In this document: positions 36,802 through 47,535 of the stretch, one piece after another
How the letters are laid out: every line of letters begins with the position of its first letter
Numbering within the stretch: the stretch's first letter is position 1
UHGV virus genome: UHGV-0287696
Length of the DNA stretch: 64,000 bases
Direction: 5' to 3' (one strand)
DNA from: a virus
Translations under genes and position numbers: made by a program
The notes under the pieces: generated by a model
Databases searched by the model: none
What the model was told of the DNA's origin: nothing
Seen by the model: the letters and a program-made list of their open reading frames with translations, nothing else

Positions 36802-38007
36802 TTATTTCGTACCCGCTTCTGCCTGAACGTCATCACGGGACGTCAAGTTAGCGTTAACGTGTACTGGAGCCTGAACCACACCACCGTATTTCTTGTGGAG
36901 ATAGCCTGTGTGTGGGTTATCTGCCGCAATATGGTTTTGTAGGTTCTGATTCGCCTGACTGATTGCGTTCGTGTTATTCGCAACCTGTTGTTTAAGCGCA
37001 TCCAGGTTTTGTTGCAGATTATCAATTTTCTGATCGGACTCATTACCCCGTTGTTCTAACGCAGCAATGCGCTGAATCGCTTGGTTGAGTTTGGTGCTCA
37101 GATCGTTGATATTTTTCTGTAACTGTAACACCAGCGAATTTAGGTTCGCCAATGCCAATGCCATTTTCTGGTAGTTTTGTGCAACGATGTTAAGTTGGTC
37201 GTTCCACGCTTCCAAAGATTTGACAACAGCATCAATACGTTTTCCTAACGCTTCATCCGCTTTCTTCAACGCATTAATATCAGTAATGGTTGCATCGATG
37301 GCAGACTGTACATCACGGATAAGTGCACGGATCTCCGTTTCTGTTAACCCGTTAACCTGATGAATGTCCAGATGGTGGACGTTACCCGTGGCGTTAATGT
37401 GCGCGTTCAGCGCGTCCAGGAAATCGTTTTTCAGGCTTTCGAGAATCGCTTTGATGTTCTCAAGCTGTACAGCATCGCCCGCCGTTATCGCATCTTTAAT
37501 GCCAGCGAGCACTGTAATGATATATTCGAAGCCGTAAATATCGCCGACGTCTTTATACGTCGGTGCCGACGGAAATGTATCAGGAACATTTCGCAAGTCT
37601 TTAAAGCCAACAGTTCGATTATCGAGATTCAACTCAGCAATCGCCTGTTCTATCGCAGTCACGTTTGCCGACTGCGGACCCCCGACTACTTGCGCCGATA
37701 CCGTGATATCGGTCGGAATCGCGGTGTTCGTTACAACAACCGCCATTACCACTTCCCGGTTCTTCGTCAATTTCTCGTAAGCCGGGTGTGCAAAAATCAA
37801 CTCATAGTCCGTTCCGCGTTCATACGTCGCATCGGGGCGGTTAGCAACCCGCAAGCGGAACGTATCAGCATAAAACGGACCGTCAGGAAAAGCAAACGCA
37901 CGGTTAACTTTACCTGTACCTAACGTAACCTGACGCTCCACGGCGTTAGAGGTTAGGGTTCCCGTTAAATCTAAAGGGTATTGGTATACAATGGAGGCCA
38001 TGGCCAC
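36802..38007 (-). CDS. fibre-like structural protein with coiled-coil region
   Basis: 401 aa; N-terminal module (FPDGPFYADTFRLRV...GTDYELIF) shared with the three larger upstream genes; long heptad-like helix (LNSLVLQLQKNINDLSTKLNQAIQRIAALEQ); HHLDIH motif. Confidence 0.7.
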   Translation of the reverse strand: MAMASIVYQYPLDLTGTLTSNAVERQVTLGTGKVNRAFAFPDGPFYADTFRLRVANRPDATYERGTDYELIFAHPAYEKLTKNREVVMAVVVTNTAIPTDITVSAQVVGGPQSANVTAIEQAIAELNLDNRTVGFKDLRNVPDTFPSAPTYKDVGDIYGFEYIITVLAGIKDAITAGDAVQLENIKAILESLKNDFLDALNAHINATGNVHHLDIHQVNGLTETEIRALIRDVQSAIDATITDINALKKADEALGKRIDAVVKSLEAWNDQLNIVAQNYQKMALALANLNSLVLQLQKNINDLSTKLNQAIQRIAALEQRGNESDQKIDNLQQNLDALKQQVANNTNAISQANQNLQNHIAADNPHTGYLHKKYGGVVQAPVHVNANLTSRDDVQAEAGTK

Positions 38008-38041
38008 TCTCCTTAATCCGAGACGTCCTTGTCTCGTGGCG

Positions 38042-41000
38042 TTAAGATGTAAACATAAGATTGAACTGGAGCTTATCGATATCGCGCGTTTGTGCTGGGT
38101 TAACCGCGTCGTACGTGGTTGCCACGTAGACCGTTAATGTCCCGTCAGCAAACGAGGTTTTCACCGGTGGCGTAGTCCCTGTCTGTCCATCAGTTACAAT
38201 GACGACAGGTTGAGCCGGGAGTTGATGGAACTGACCCTTAACCGCTTTATACACCAAACCAGATTGTGCTGCTAACTCCGTGTCGGTGTACACGATAAAC
38301 GGTGTGTCGATATCTGTCTGTTTAATGACAGTGTTCGTCTCAACGTCAATCAGCTGAACAGCACCGAACTTCGTACGGTAGCTATCGTATTCATTTTTTG
38401 GAATGACAAACGTAGCATGTACACGGACTTCTTCGGCTGGCTTAAATCCGGCGTGTTCTTTTTCCAGATAGCTGTTAGCAGTTAACGTTACTGTCTGTTC
38501 AGTCATCGTACCACCAGACTGGTTTAACCCGTAACGAACTTGGGTTATACCTGTCGGAGCCGCAAGCCTGATTTTTAGTCTACGGTTAGCGGTGCCGGGA
38601 TTACCAGGCACTCTAACACGCAGGCTCAAAGCCAGATATGCATTCGCACCGGTAGTCGGTTTCGTATACGCACCCAACCACTTCATATTCGCGGTTGCCG
38701 CTTGACTGTTCTCAGAAGCAGTAGCCGCTGCAACGTTCGCAGCAACCGCTTTCTGCCAGAACTGGTCAGCGCAGTTTTCATACGCTACTCTACCGATACT
38801 TTTATAACCTGCGTAGGTTTCCTGTATCGGCAGTTTGGGACGTGTTGTGATCCCGCTCAACGCATTCCATCTCTGACCATCGACATACCCTGCACCATTG
38901 CTCGCGGATGCCGTGGGGGCTTTCAGCGGTTGGTTAACCAAGGTTTGGAGTGGACCCGTTTTTCGATCGTACGCCGCTGCAACGTCGTGCTGATCCCTAA
39001 CAGCAGCGTGTTCTTCTAATTCACGAACCCTGCCTAACCGTTTCACTTTATCGATGTTAATAGCAACTATACGCTTTTTATCGGTTGTAACTGTACCAAC
39101 AAATAATCGCGAACTCGTATCCGGCAGCTTTTCCAGACCGATCTGATATTGAGCTTTCGAACCTACAAGAGCAGCATGAACATAGAACGTCTGGTTAGCA
39201 TGGTTTTCTGGGAACTCGTTGCTTAAATCCACCGACCACGTCGGTAATGTATAGCTATTACTACCGAAATCTAACCTGACCTCTTCCGTCAAGTATAGAA
39301 TCCAACCTTCCGCAGTCTCCACGCCTGCAATAATAACCGCCTGCCCCGCTGTTGAGAATGTGGTATCATTAACGAACTCTTCGACTGTGTATGCGTTACC
39401 TGAACAGAAAACGCGGTCAGCTTTAGAGAAAATTCGTGCCATCTTGTCCCAATTACCCGCACCCATGTAACAACCAGATTCTGGGTTGTGGGCAGGAGCC
39501 ATCTGACGCAACTGTGACTTACCGGGAACGCGAGTCCAACCCGACCCAGGGTTAAAGGTATACTTCGCAGCGTAACCCAAAGCATTTAGGTCCCCGATAT
39601 TCCGTATTGTCAGCGTATAAGGCAGCCATAGACCGAAGTTTACACCGTCGGCAGAAGCAAATATGGGCTGGCCTACACGTCGCGTTTTATTACCCGCTTC
39701 TTCCCTCAGAGACTGATAACTTAAGCCGTAATCAAGGTCTAAGAACCAATCAACGAGTTTGAAAGTAGCCGAGTTAAAACGTAGATAACCATTTTCTTTA
39801 GTCGGACTTACCATGAAGTAATAGATGTCGAGGACCCGACGTCCGTTACTCAAGATTTTCATGCATGAAACTTGTAATAAGTCGAATTCACAAACGGTGT
39901 TAATGCCTAGCAACCAGAGTGCAAACAATGCATTGCCGCTTTGGTGTGCTGCACTGATGCGCTCGTTCGCGTAACCATTTGCCTGACCAGATGGTGCGCC
40001 ATCGACAATCATCCTAATCATCTTCTGGCGATCCGCTTCCTCTAACGTCAGCCGTTCTGATGACAGGGCAAAGTTACCGTAGATGTTCCGATATGGAAAG
40101 GTTTCCGCTTTCGTCAAATACCAACCGTTTAACTGACCGTGACGCTCCTCAGGAGTCATACAAGCAGCCATACAGCTTAACTGTTCGTAAAGGGTTGCAT
40201 CAACTTCTCGACGGTTGTTGTTCGGACCATAACCACTATATCCAGGAACGTCATAAGGTTTACTTGGGTCAACTTCTACTTCGATCGTATAGCGGTTGCG
40301 CGGATTGGATAGCCATACTTTGTTTGAGCCACCGATACCAACAGGATGAGAAAGACCGATGGTATAGATAGAACCACGACCTTTATCCCAAGTAAATGTT
40401 GCTTCGCCTGAGGTATTGTTTGGGTTATCATAACGCAGATAATCAAAAAACTCTTTGCCTTGCGTACTTTTAATAGTAACGTTCGGCATCTGGTCCGCAT
40501 CGTTAGTCTGCCAGCAGGAAAGCATCATTCCTGAGACATTAGGTTTAGCATACGTCGCAAAACAACGATTGTTTGCTTGGCCGCCACCCCACTTACGACT
40601 GGTTTCTACAGTTGAGCCATCCGCGTACGATAGTCTGGTAGCATCAACCTTAATGGGGAAACGTTCGGCACCCTCTAACGTAACTCTGCCCGTTAACGTA
40701 TCGATTGTGAAACTTGTTGACCATTGACGGAAATTAATCGTCGTACCGTCGGCAGCCGCAAACCACACGCTGGGTACATGGTTCACACGAATCACGCTGT
40801 CGCGTACCGCACAAGCATGGTTACATTCTGGACCGTGAACAAAGTTGTGACCGATTGTCCATTTAGCCCGTGCCTCTGGCGGGTAATACGTAAAGAACTG
40901 ACCAGTCTGCGACTCTTCGGTCTTCTGGCCAATTCTTAGGCAGAGGTTATCTCCGAATTGCCCCATTTCTCCGGTTAGGGTTACACGTTCAAATTCTAAC

Positions 41001-43225
41001 TCAGTATTGGTAGTCAAATCGGCTTTACGTAAACGCCATGCCGCCACGGCATAAGCAGCGTTATTTACCGTGGAACGAAGAAGATAAACGTGGTCGTCAA
41101 CTAACACAACATCGTCGGCTTCTGGCCAAGGATTCCAGGTTTGTTCCACAGTACCGCTGGGGTTGCCATTACGGTACTTAGGCATTGTAACACGACACAC
41201 CACCGTGTGTTTACTGTGGTCCATCGAACCATTGAACAACACCAAATAACGGTTATTGTCAGAACCCAGACAAATAATCGCTTCCTGGCCACCGATCAAT
41301 ATCGCTTTTAAGGTCACCCCAGGGTATTTACTCATCCCAACAGGATGGTATTTCACCGAAGTTTGCTGAGGGTTCACAAACACATTCGACGTATTGATAT
41401 CAGCATAGCCGTAGTAAATAGCCTCTGTACCAGGCACACCATTAGAAGCATTACGTAACGAATAAACTTTACCTTGTTGGAATCCTACAACACCTTTCTG
41501 ATAGGACTGGTTCTTTGTAAAACCTGAATAATTACCGAGTGCCGGAATGGGTAAGAAGTTTTTGTTACCGAACTTCGCCCCACCGACAGTCCACGCAGGT
41601 AAGATGGTATTCAGTTTATCAGAGACTTTCTTAATCTCTTTTGCGAACAACCAGCCTTGACGAGACGTGACGGCTTTATCGCTCGTGGTATCAATCGCAT
41701 CCCACAACTGTAAGATACCATCCACAGTCGCACTGCCAATCGGGACATTATCCAAATCGGCGGTAGTGTGCGTGTGCTCCTTCACACTTTTATTTTTCAG
41801 CACGTTCGCTAACGCTTTTGTTACCGGTTTAGCGATCGGCATGGTGTTATCCATCTTATCGATACCGAAATCGGTTTTCGTTAAGGTTAACACCATTTTA
41901 TCGCCCGTCTTAACAAACCCTTTACCGTTAACCGTGTAGTCATCGTCAACGTACAAGTCTAACCGGTCTTTTAACTCGGTCACCGCCTTTTGGGAAATAG
42001 CAGTGCCTAGTGCTACGGAGGTTGCGATATTCGTAATCGAAAACACCCCATAAACCGACTCGGTTGCTGTGGGAATATTCGCGTTCAACGTTAGCGGGTT
42101 AGACTGCTTCGCTGTACCGTATGGTTTTACGGTGTCTGATGGTTTGAAATAGGCATTTGCTTCAAGTAACGTTACAGACGTCAGGTACATGTTCACCATT
42201 TCTGGTGTAACCAAATACACAGAGTTGTAAACCGGCGCTAATACATCCTGTTCTGTCCCAGAGTGCACCCAAAGCGTATTCAGTCCCGCACTAAATTCAA
42301 CCGCCAAACCCGATTCGTTGTTGTCCTGGTCCGCTTTAATCACTAGCGGTTGCGGTGAGGTAATTAACCACTTATCACCACGGATACTGATGATGTGTCC
42401 GCCTGCGGTTTTAAACGTCAGTTCGTTACCGTTCGTGCTACCCCATCGACCGTAAACAGTGCCGAGGGCTTCACCCATTAACTGATCAACGTCTGATTGC
42501 TCAATACCCGCCGAACCCATCAGCGTAGCCAACTCGTCAATCGTCAGTCCAAACGCTTTTGTCGCGTCGACAGCACGTCCCAAAACCGGAAGGGCACCAA
42601 CATCAGTGGTCGTATACTGGTGTGCGTTAGGATTAAGGTGGTGTTGGTATAACTCCTCGTCGAAAACTTTTTTACCGTTCTCGTAAATCAGGTTAGTGAC
42701 TTCGGTAAACGCTGCATCTAACTCTGTTGAACGTTGAACGATTTTCTTACGGATGTCGTTTAACGCTTTAACAACCTCATCCCTCAGAATAGCTTCTTCT
42801 AAGTTAGCAGGGGGATCGATAGGTTGTATAACCGGTGCATACGCCATTAACTCTGACCAGTCCACGTTACGTGGGTCTTTCAGGTCAGTACGAACTAAGA
42901 ACTTTCCGATTTCAGATTGTGGTACACGATACTGGCGTGCTACCCCTAAAATCTCATATTCGATTTCTGTTGCGGTCAGCAACATAAACCCGCCATAAAT
43001 CTGATCTTGTTCAGCTTCTGCGAGTTCTTTAAAGTAATAGCCTAAATAGTAGTCCAACCCCTCAATCAGAGTACGACGTCCGTTAGGCGCGGTATCGTCG
43101 GCTACTGTGAGTTTTAATCCGATACGATAAAAAGGTCCTTCAGGCGGAATGACCACATTAAATCGGTTAGGGTACGTCGCTGTGCTTAACGTACCGTTAA
43201 ACTGCGCCGCGTCTTCTCTCGGCAT
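38042..43225 (-). CDS. large tail fibre/tailspike-like structural protein
   Basis: 1727 aa; shared N-terminal module PPEGPFYRIGLKLTV...GLDYYLGY; AGGAG Shine-Dalgarno. Confidence 0.75.
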   Translation of the reverse strand: MPREDAAQFNGTLSTATYPNRFNVVIPPEGPFYRIGLKLTVADDTAPNGRRTLIEGLDYYLGYYFKELAEAEQDQIYGGFMLLTATEIEYEILGVARQYRVPQSEIGKFLVRTDLKDPRNVDWSELMAYAPVIQPIDPPANLEEAILRDEVVKALNDIRKKIVQRSTELDAAFTEVTNLIYENGKKVFDEELYQHHLNPNAHQYTTTDVGALPVLGRAVDATKAFGLTIDELATLMGSAGIEQSDVDQLMGEALGTVYGRWGSTNGNELTFKTAGGHIISIRGDKWLITSPQPLVIKADQDNNESGLAVEFSAGLNTLWVHSGTEQDVLAPVYNSVYLVTPEMVNMYLTSVTLLEANAYFKPSDTVKPYGTAKQSNPLTLNANIPTATESVYGVFSITNIATSVALGTAISQKAVTELKDRLDLYVDDDYTVNGKGFVKTGDKMVLTLTKTDFGIDKMDNTMPIAKPVTKALANVLKNKSVKEHTHTTADLDNVPIGSATVDGILQLWDAIDTTSDKAVTSRQGWLFAKEIKKVSDKLNTILPAWTVGGAKFGNKNFLPIPALGNYSGFTKNQSYQKGVVGFQQGKVYSLRNASNGVPGTEAIYYGYADINTSNVFVNPQQTSVKYHPVGMSKYPGVTLKAILIGGQEAIICLGSDNNRYLVLFNGSMDHSKHTVVCRVTMPKYRNGNPSGTVEQTWNPWPEADDVVLVDDHVYLLRSTVNNAAYAVAAWRLRKADLTTNTELEFERVTLTGEMGQFGDNLCLRIGQKTEESQTGQFFTYYPPEARAKWTIGHNFVHGPECNHACAVRDSVIRVNHVPSVWFAAADGTTINFRQWSTSFTIDTLTGRVTLEGAERFPIKVDATRLSYADGSTVETSRKWGGGQANNRCFATYAKPNVSGMMLSCWQTNDADQMPNVTIKSTQGKEFFDYLRYDNPNNTSGEATFTWDKGRGSIYTIGLSHPVGIGGSNKVWLSNPRNRYTIEVEVDPSKPYDVPGYSGYGPNNNRREVDATLYEQLSCMAACMTPEERHGQLNGWYLTKAETFPYRNIYGNFALSSERLTLEEADRQKMIRMIVDGAPSGQANGYANERISAAHQSGNALFALWLLGINTVCEFDLLQVSCMKILSNGRRVLDIYYFMVSPTKENGYLRFNSATFKLVDWFLDLDYGLSYQSLREEAGNKTRRVGQPIFASADGVNFGLWLPYTLTIRNIGDLNALGYAAKYTFNPGSGWTRVPGKSQLRQMAPAHNPESGCYMGAGNWDKMARIFSKADRVFCSGNAYTVEEFVNDTTFSTAGQAVIIAGVETAEGWILYLTEEVRLDFGSNSYTLPTWSVDLSNEFPENHANQTFYVHAALVGSKAQYQIGLEKLPDTSSRLFVGTVTTDKKRIVAINIDKVKRLGRVRELEEHAAVRDQHDVAAAYDRKTGPLQTLVNQPLKAPTASASNGAGYVDGQRWNALSGITTRPKLPIQETYAGYKSIGRVAYENCADQFWQKAVAANVAAATASENSQAATANMKWLGAYTKPTTGANAYLALSLRVRVPGNPGTANRRLKIRLAAPTGITQVRYGLNQSGGTMTEQTVTLTANSYLEKEHAGFKPAEEVRVHATFVIPKNEYDSYRTKFGAVQLIDVETNTVIKQTDIDTPFIVYTDTELAAQSGLVYKAVKGQFHQLPAQPVVIVTDGQTGTTPPVKTSFADGTLTVYVATTYDAVNPAQTRDIDKLQFNLMFTS

Positions 43226-43257
43226 CGTAAAGACTCCTACTTTTAAATAAAATGGAT

Positions 43258-43280
43258 ACCCCTCCCCATTACAGGGAGGG
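43258..43280 (-). terminator. minus-strand hairpin with U-rich tail between large fibre genes
   Basis: cccctcccc-attaca-gggagggg with AT-rich tract 43241-43255; conserved 11-mer at 43285-43295 lies just upstream on the minus strand. Confidence 0.5.
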
Positions 43281-43319
43281 GTTACCTACGGACACACAAC
43301 TGCCCGCAGGCAGCCTGTC

Positions 43320-46300
43320 CTAAGTACGATCCCCTAACTGCTTCCCGTTAAGTTCTCGTTTCAGTACAGCCAAAATCCACTTCCACGCTTTACTCGTGAT
43401 GTGGTACGGATTGCGTTTCTCCATTAAGAATTGACTTTCGCCGCTACGGAGTTCGAAGCTCTGCGCATTGAGTTGGTCTTGGCGAACACCGTTCTCGTCA
43501 GTGACATCTAACGAACAGGTAAAGTTAAGCTCGTAGCCCTCTGGATTATTGCCTGGTGGTTCTAAGACAATATAAATGTCCTGTCCTACACGTAGGTCCT
43601 TTGGCGTAAGGGTAACTGCTTTACCTGTGTCCGCGCTGGTCGAAAGCGCAAACGGCACGCTATCGATAGCTGATACATACGCGTCCTTCCCAGAATCACC
43701 GATAATCACCTTACCCGGCCAGTTACACTTCACCGTTCCTGTCACTTTTGCAACACGGTACTGCTGTTTATCAGCACCTTGTGCAAAGCGTAAAATGAGT
43801 TTATGCCGATACCGGTTTGCGGCAGCTTTGGATGTACTCCACTCATTGTTCCAGGAGGCATGAAGTTCACCTTTCTTGGCCATCAAAGCACCACGAGACA
43901 GCTTACGTGGGAAGAATTGTGCCGGAAGTTGCCCTTCGTGGGAAATCGCTACACTCCCTTGTCCGGTTGGAAGTGCTATTGTTTCCGTAGGGCAATAATT
44001 TAACTCGTACACGTGTGTTGTAGGTTCGATCAATTTCTGATAGTAATCGCCGTCCTTACTGTCCGCTAACCAACCAACGGAAGAGTCCGTATACGATTCG
44101 AACAGTGAACGTAAGTAGTGATACTTATCAATATTGATGTTACCTGTTTTTGGATCAATCAGAGCATGGTTAATAGTGAGGAAACACTTCTCACTCAAAC
44201 CATTAAACGCCAAACCCACACCGTCACCAGTAAAATAGTCTACCAGGTCAAATGGAAGCGTCATTTCTATTTGTCGCAGGTTGATAGTCGTTGAACCAAA
44301 CTGCGAAAAAGATAGCGCTAAACGAAGTACACGAGTATTAACATTATAACGATAACGAATCATCCCACGCGGCGCATGGTTCGCGGAGATCTTATCACCG
44401 TTTGGACCCCACCCAATTAAATCGAGTATCTCGGCGTTTGCTACTTCACCATTAAACAAAACGTCTTTAGTCGTGACTTCAACTGACGTTTCCCTTCCGG
44501 CATCCATCAACATCGAACCGTTATTCAACTCGAAGCTCTTGTGCCAAACTTCAGAAGTCGAACCAGCACCTACACCCACCTTACAAGTTTTACTAGTAAG
44601 GTTAATACGCACATAACGGCGTCCCACTGTACCGCCCTGCGAGCTTGCACACAAAATAAGATCAGGTGCCGCAGACAGTGCCTTGGTCCCTCCAATGTCA
44701 TCAACATCGAAAACGAATGAGCCTTCGAACGTTGGTGCGTTATTTTCCTTCGGGTTAAATGGCGTAAACCAACAATAAGGCGTCGCGCCCTCGGTTGAGA
44801 AAATCAACTCTAAGTCAGATTTAACATTTAATCCGTGGGAATAAGAAAAGAGACCGCGACTTAAGGTACAAAGCGTTCCACCGCTTCCGCTACCTAAGGT
44901 TTTTCGATATATTAAAGCGCGGGGTTCTGGGATAGCACGGTTTAATAACGGCAACCGTGGGTTATCCGTTAACGTCCAGTCGACAGAACTGAGCCCGTGT
45001 GCTTTACGAGCGTCGATGTGCTCACTAACCTCGGTACTTTTCCCGAAATCAAACGTGGTTTCAAAACTCACGGTTTTATTCGAGTAAGATTCACCGGCAA
45101 CAATATCAACGTAGCCGATATAACCACGTTCAGGGTCAACTGCAATACTCTGAATTGGCTCAGTACGCGAATACAGAGAGCCTGTGAGCATGTTAACGTA
45201 CAGATAATGACGAATCCCTACGTGTGTTGTAACAAACTCTTGGAGAAGCTCTACGTGCGTTTCAGGGCCACTGAAATAAACGGGGTAGTCACCGTCGTAA
45301 ATTTCGAATTGCACCGCTGCGGATTTAGCCGTGTCGCTACACTCAGCTTTAACCGCCACGGTGTAGTTTTCAACGTCTGCTGATGTTTCATACACTGCAA
45401 CAAGCGGAGACTGGCCTGTGGCTGCCTGGATACCGTTAATGTAAACTGTAACCGGGCCACCCCCTGCGGCATAAACCCAAAGCTTCGGCTGGCGTGCCCT
45501 TACCCGCGTTTTGGCCAACACAGTAACAACTGACTGGTCACCCATCTGTGAGGCAGTTTTACCTACCGGAACAGATTGGAAACCCATTAGTGGTGGTTCT
45601 TCAATACCTGTCCAGTTAATGCCCTTACCAGTGCTCACTTTCCCCGTAGGCCAAGTCGTCTCAATTTGGTTGTTCGGTGAGAACCAGTTAAACATCGGCG
45701 TAGTTTGCAGGTCAATCGAACCTGTAACGGCGCTATCAGCTTTCGCACCGTTCAGCAAATAGAAATACTTCAAATCTTGGACGGAGATTGCCGTACCCTG
45801 ACTATTAAAGCGCCAGTCTGCGCCTTTTACCGCAGCGAAATCCGTTACCGACCCTTCTTTCGCGTTTGCAATCGCCGCGGCGACCACATCTAAACGCGCC
45901 GAAAGTTCTTTTAAGATGTTCGGTACTACTGCACGGTTTTCAACCAAACCGTTCTGGTTAGTTGCGTAACGGCCGATACCGTAAACGGTTTGCGAGGCTT
46001 TATAAATGCCTAGTTCCGACCAATCGTGGTGGTGGCCTGCATCCGCTAAACCACTAAGTGCCGCATTTAACTCGGTAGACAACGGCTTGTCAACGTCTGC
46101 GGTGTTATCCGCTTGCCCTAACCCCAGATCAGCTTTCGTGATTGTCCTGGAGCCGTCGTTCATCGGCTTACCGTTAATCATGGTCGTTTTAGCCACATAC
46201 CCCGATAAGTCAGTCGAGTATGGTGCTAACGACGCCGGTGTTGCAGCAACCCCAGTCGTTTCTGTACCTTTACCTGTTTTAAGTTTAGCGACGCCTTTTT

Positions 46301-47525
46301 CGGCGGTTGTCGCTTTTGTTGGGTCGATAGTCCCCACGATAGGGTCGGCGCGAGAACCTTTACCGGTAAAGCTAATCCCATTACGACCTTCAATGTACAC
46401 CTTCGAGTCATCAGGGTCGCCACCGCTACCAGAACCCGCATCTGGATCTTGTTGGTATTCCATCAACGCCGTGGTAGTCAGTAACGGGTTACCGTTCAGG
46501 GTGAGTTTGTTCATCCCTAAAGCATCGCCTGTTGACTCGATGCGTAATGTGTTTTTACCGGCACGCCAGTTGATATAGCGTCCTGCACCTGTGCCTTCCA
46601 GATGTCCTACCGCCAATACCACAGAACCGTTGGATTTTAACGTAAAACCATCGTTGGCAAAAATGATTTCGGACTCACCGTTTTTCGAACGGAACTGTGC
46701 GCGGTTTCCTGACACCGTACAGTTAAACACGCCCCGTACTTCCGAAGAAATCCAGTGAGAGATATACGTATCGATAACCGACTGCGGTAAACGAAACGCT
46801 TTCAGCTCATCCGTCAGTGCTTTCAACTTTAACCCGTACGCCATAAAGGTGTCGGGTGTTTTCAAGTTAACAGGATGCGCGTTAATCTGCGCGGATGTGG
46901 TTTCGTGCGGGTTCTTCGCTGCGATATGTGCTGGGTAATTAAATGCTTCGATTTCTTTACCCAACGCAGTCACTAACGCTTTAACTTCAGCTAATTTGTC
47001 TTTAATTAACTGGTTAGCGTCATCGGTTTTCAATTCAATATCGTGAACTGCCGACGCTAAATATTTTTTGTTCAGCAAATCCGCCCAAGACGTTGCCGCA
47101 GGCGTAGCCGGGTATAACGACGGTCTGCCTTCTAATAACAACCAGTCAGCACTGACTGGGTTATTCAAATATTTCACCAGTTCATCGAGAATATCAACAA
47201 ACGGGTCGTAGAACGTACCGCCGAGCATTTGTCCTTCAAAGGTTACGATACCCTTGATGGATGGGTTGATAAGGTGTACCCCACAATACACGTTGGCTGC
47301 TACCGAGTCATCCAGTTCCGTCAGCTGATATTGCAGTTCGTAGTCCACCCCACGACTCAGTGGGGTGGTTGAACCTGGTTGTCTGACGACCAAATCTTCA
47401 AAGAACGGGCGGTGGTCTAAAATCACCACCCGATCGTTGTTGTTCTCTGACCCGATGATACGCTCCTCTAAGAAGTGATTCTCGGCTTTCGTCCCCCGAG
47501 GATCGTAAGGATACGCTTTCATCAA
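43320..47525 (-). CDS. large tail fibre/baseplate-associated structural protein
   Basis: 1401 aa; shared N-terminal module HRPFFEDLVVRQ...GVDYELQYQL; NPHETT motif. Confidence 0.75.
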   Translation of the reverse strand: MMKAYPYDPRGTKAENHFLEERIIGSENNNDRVVILDHRPFFEDLVVRQPGSTTPLSRGVDYELQYQLTELDDSVAANVYCGVHLINPSIKGIVTFEGQMLGGTFYDPFVDILDELVKYLNNPVSADWLLLEGRPSLYPATPAATSWADLLNKKYLASAVHDIELKTDDANQLIKDKLAEVKALVTALGKEIEAFNYPAHIAAKNPHETTSAQINAHPVNLKTPDTFMAYGLKLKALTDELKAFRLPQSVIDTYISHWISSEVRGVFNCTVSGNRAQFRSKNGESEIIFANDGFTLKSNGSVVLAVGHLEGTGAGRYINWRAGKNTLRIESTGDALGMNKLTLNGNPLLTTTALMEYQQDPDAGSGSGGDPDDSKVYIEGRNGISFTGKGSRADPIVGTIDPTKATTAEKGVAKLKTGKGTETTGVAATPASLAPYSTDLSGYVAKTTMINGKPMNDGSRTITKADLGLGQADNTADVDKPLSTELNAALSGLADAGHHHDWSELGIYKASQTVYGIGRYATNQNGLVENRAVVPNILKELSARLDVVAAAIANAKEGSVTDFAAVKGADWRFNSQGTAISVQDLKYFYLLNGAKADSAVTGSIDLQTTPMFNWFSPNNQIETTWPTGKVSTGKGINWTGIEEPPLMGFQSVPVGKTASQMGDQSVVTVLAKTRVRARQPKLWVYAAGGGPVTVYINGIQAATGQSPLVAVYETSADVENYTVAVKAECSDTAKSAAVQFEIYDGDYPVYFSGPETHVELLQEFVTTHVGIRHYLYVNMLTGSLYSRTEPIQSIAVDPERGYIGYVDIVAGESYSNKTVSFETTFDFGKSTEVSEHIDARKAHGLSSVDWTLTDNPRLPLLNRAIPEPRALIYRKTLGSGSGGTLCTLSRGLFSYSHGLNVKSDLELIFSTEGATPYCWFTPFNPKENNAPTFEGSFVFDVDDIGGTKALSAAPDLILCASSQGGTVGRRYVRINLTSKTCKVGVGAGSTSEVWHKSFELNNGSMLMDAGRETSVEVTTKDVLFNGEVANAEILDLIGWGPNGDKISANHAPRGMIRYRYNVNTRVLRLALSFSQFGSTTINLRQIEMTLPFDLVDYFTGDGVGLAFNGLSEKCFLTINHALIDPKTGNINIDKYHYLRSLFESYTDSSVGWLADSKDGDYYQKLIEPTTHVYELNYCPTETIALPTGQGSVAISHEGQLPAQFFPRKLSRGALMAKKGELHASWNNEWSTSKAAANRYRHKLILRFAQGADKQQYRVAKVTGTVKCNWPGKVIIGDSGKDAYVSAIDSVPFALSTSADTGKAVTLTPKDLRVGQDIYIVLEPPGNNPEGYELNFTCSLDVTDENGVRQDQLNAQSFELRSGESQFLMEKRNPYHITSKAWKWILAVLKRELNGKQLGDRT

Positions 47526-47535
47526 AAAAATCTCC

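Noticed and set aside
37360-37923. 187-aa plus-strand ORF inside the 401-aa fibre-like gene
   Set aside because: Antisense to a gene with clear start context and coiled-coil composition; Arg-rich junk-like translation
46006-46578. 190-aa plus-strand ORF (and other plus-strand ORFs between 43.5 and 51.5 kb) inside the giant minus-strand genes
   Set aside because: Embedded antisense within long uninterrupted structural ORFs; no independent start signals
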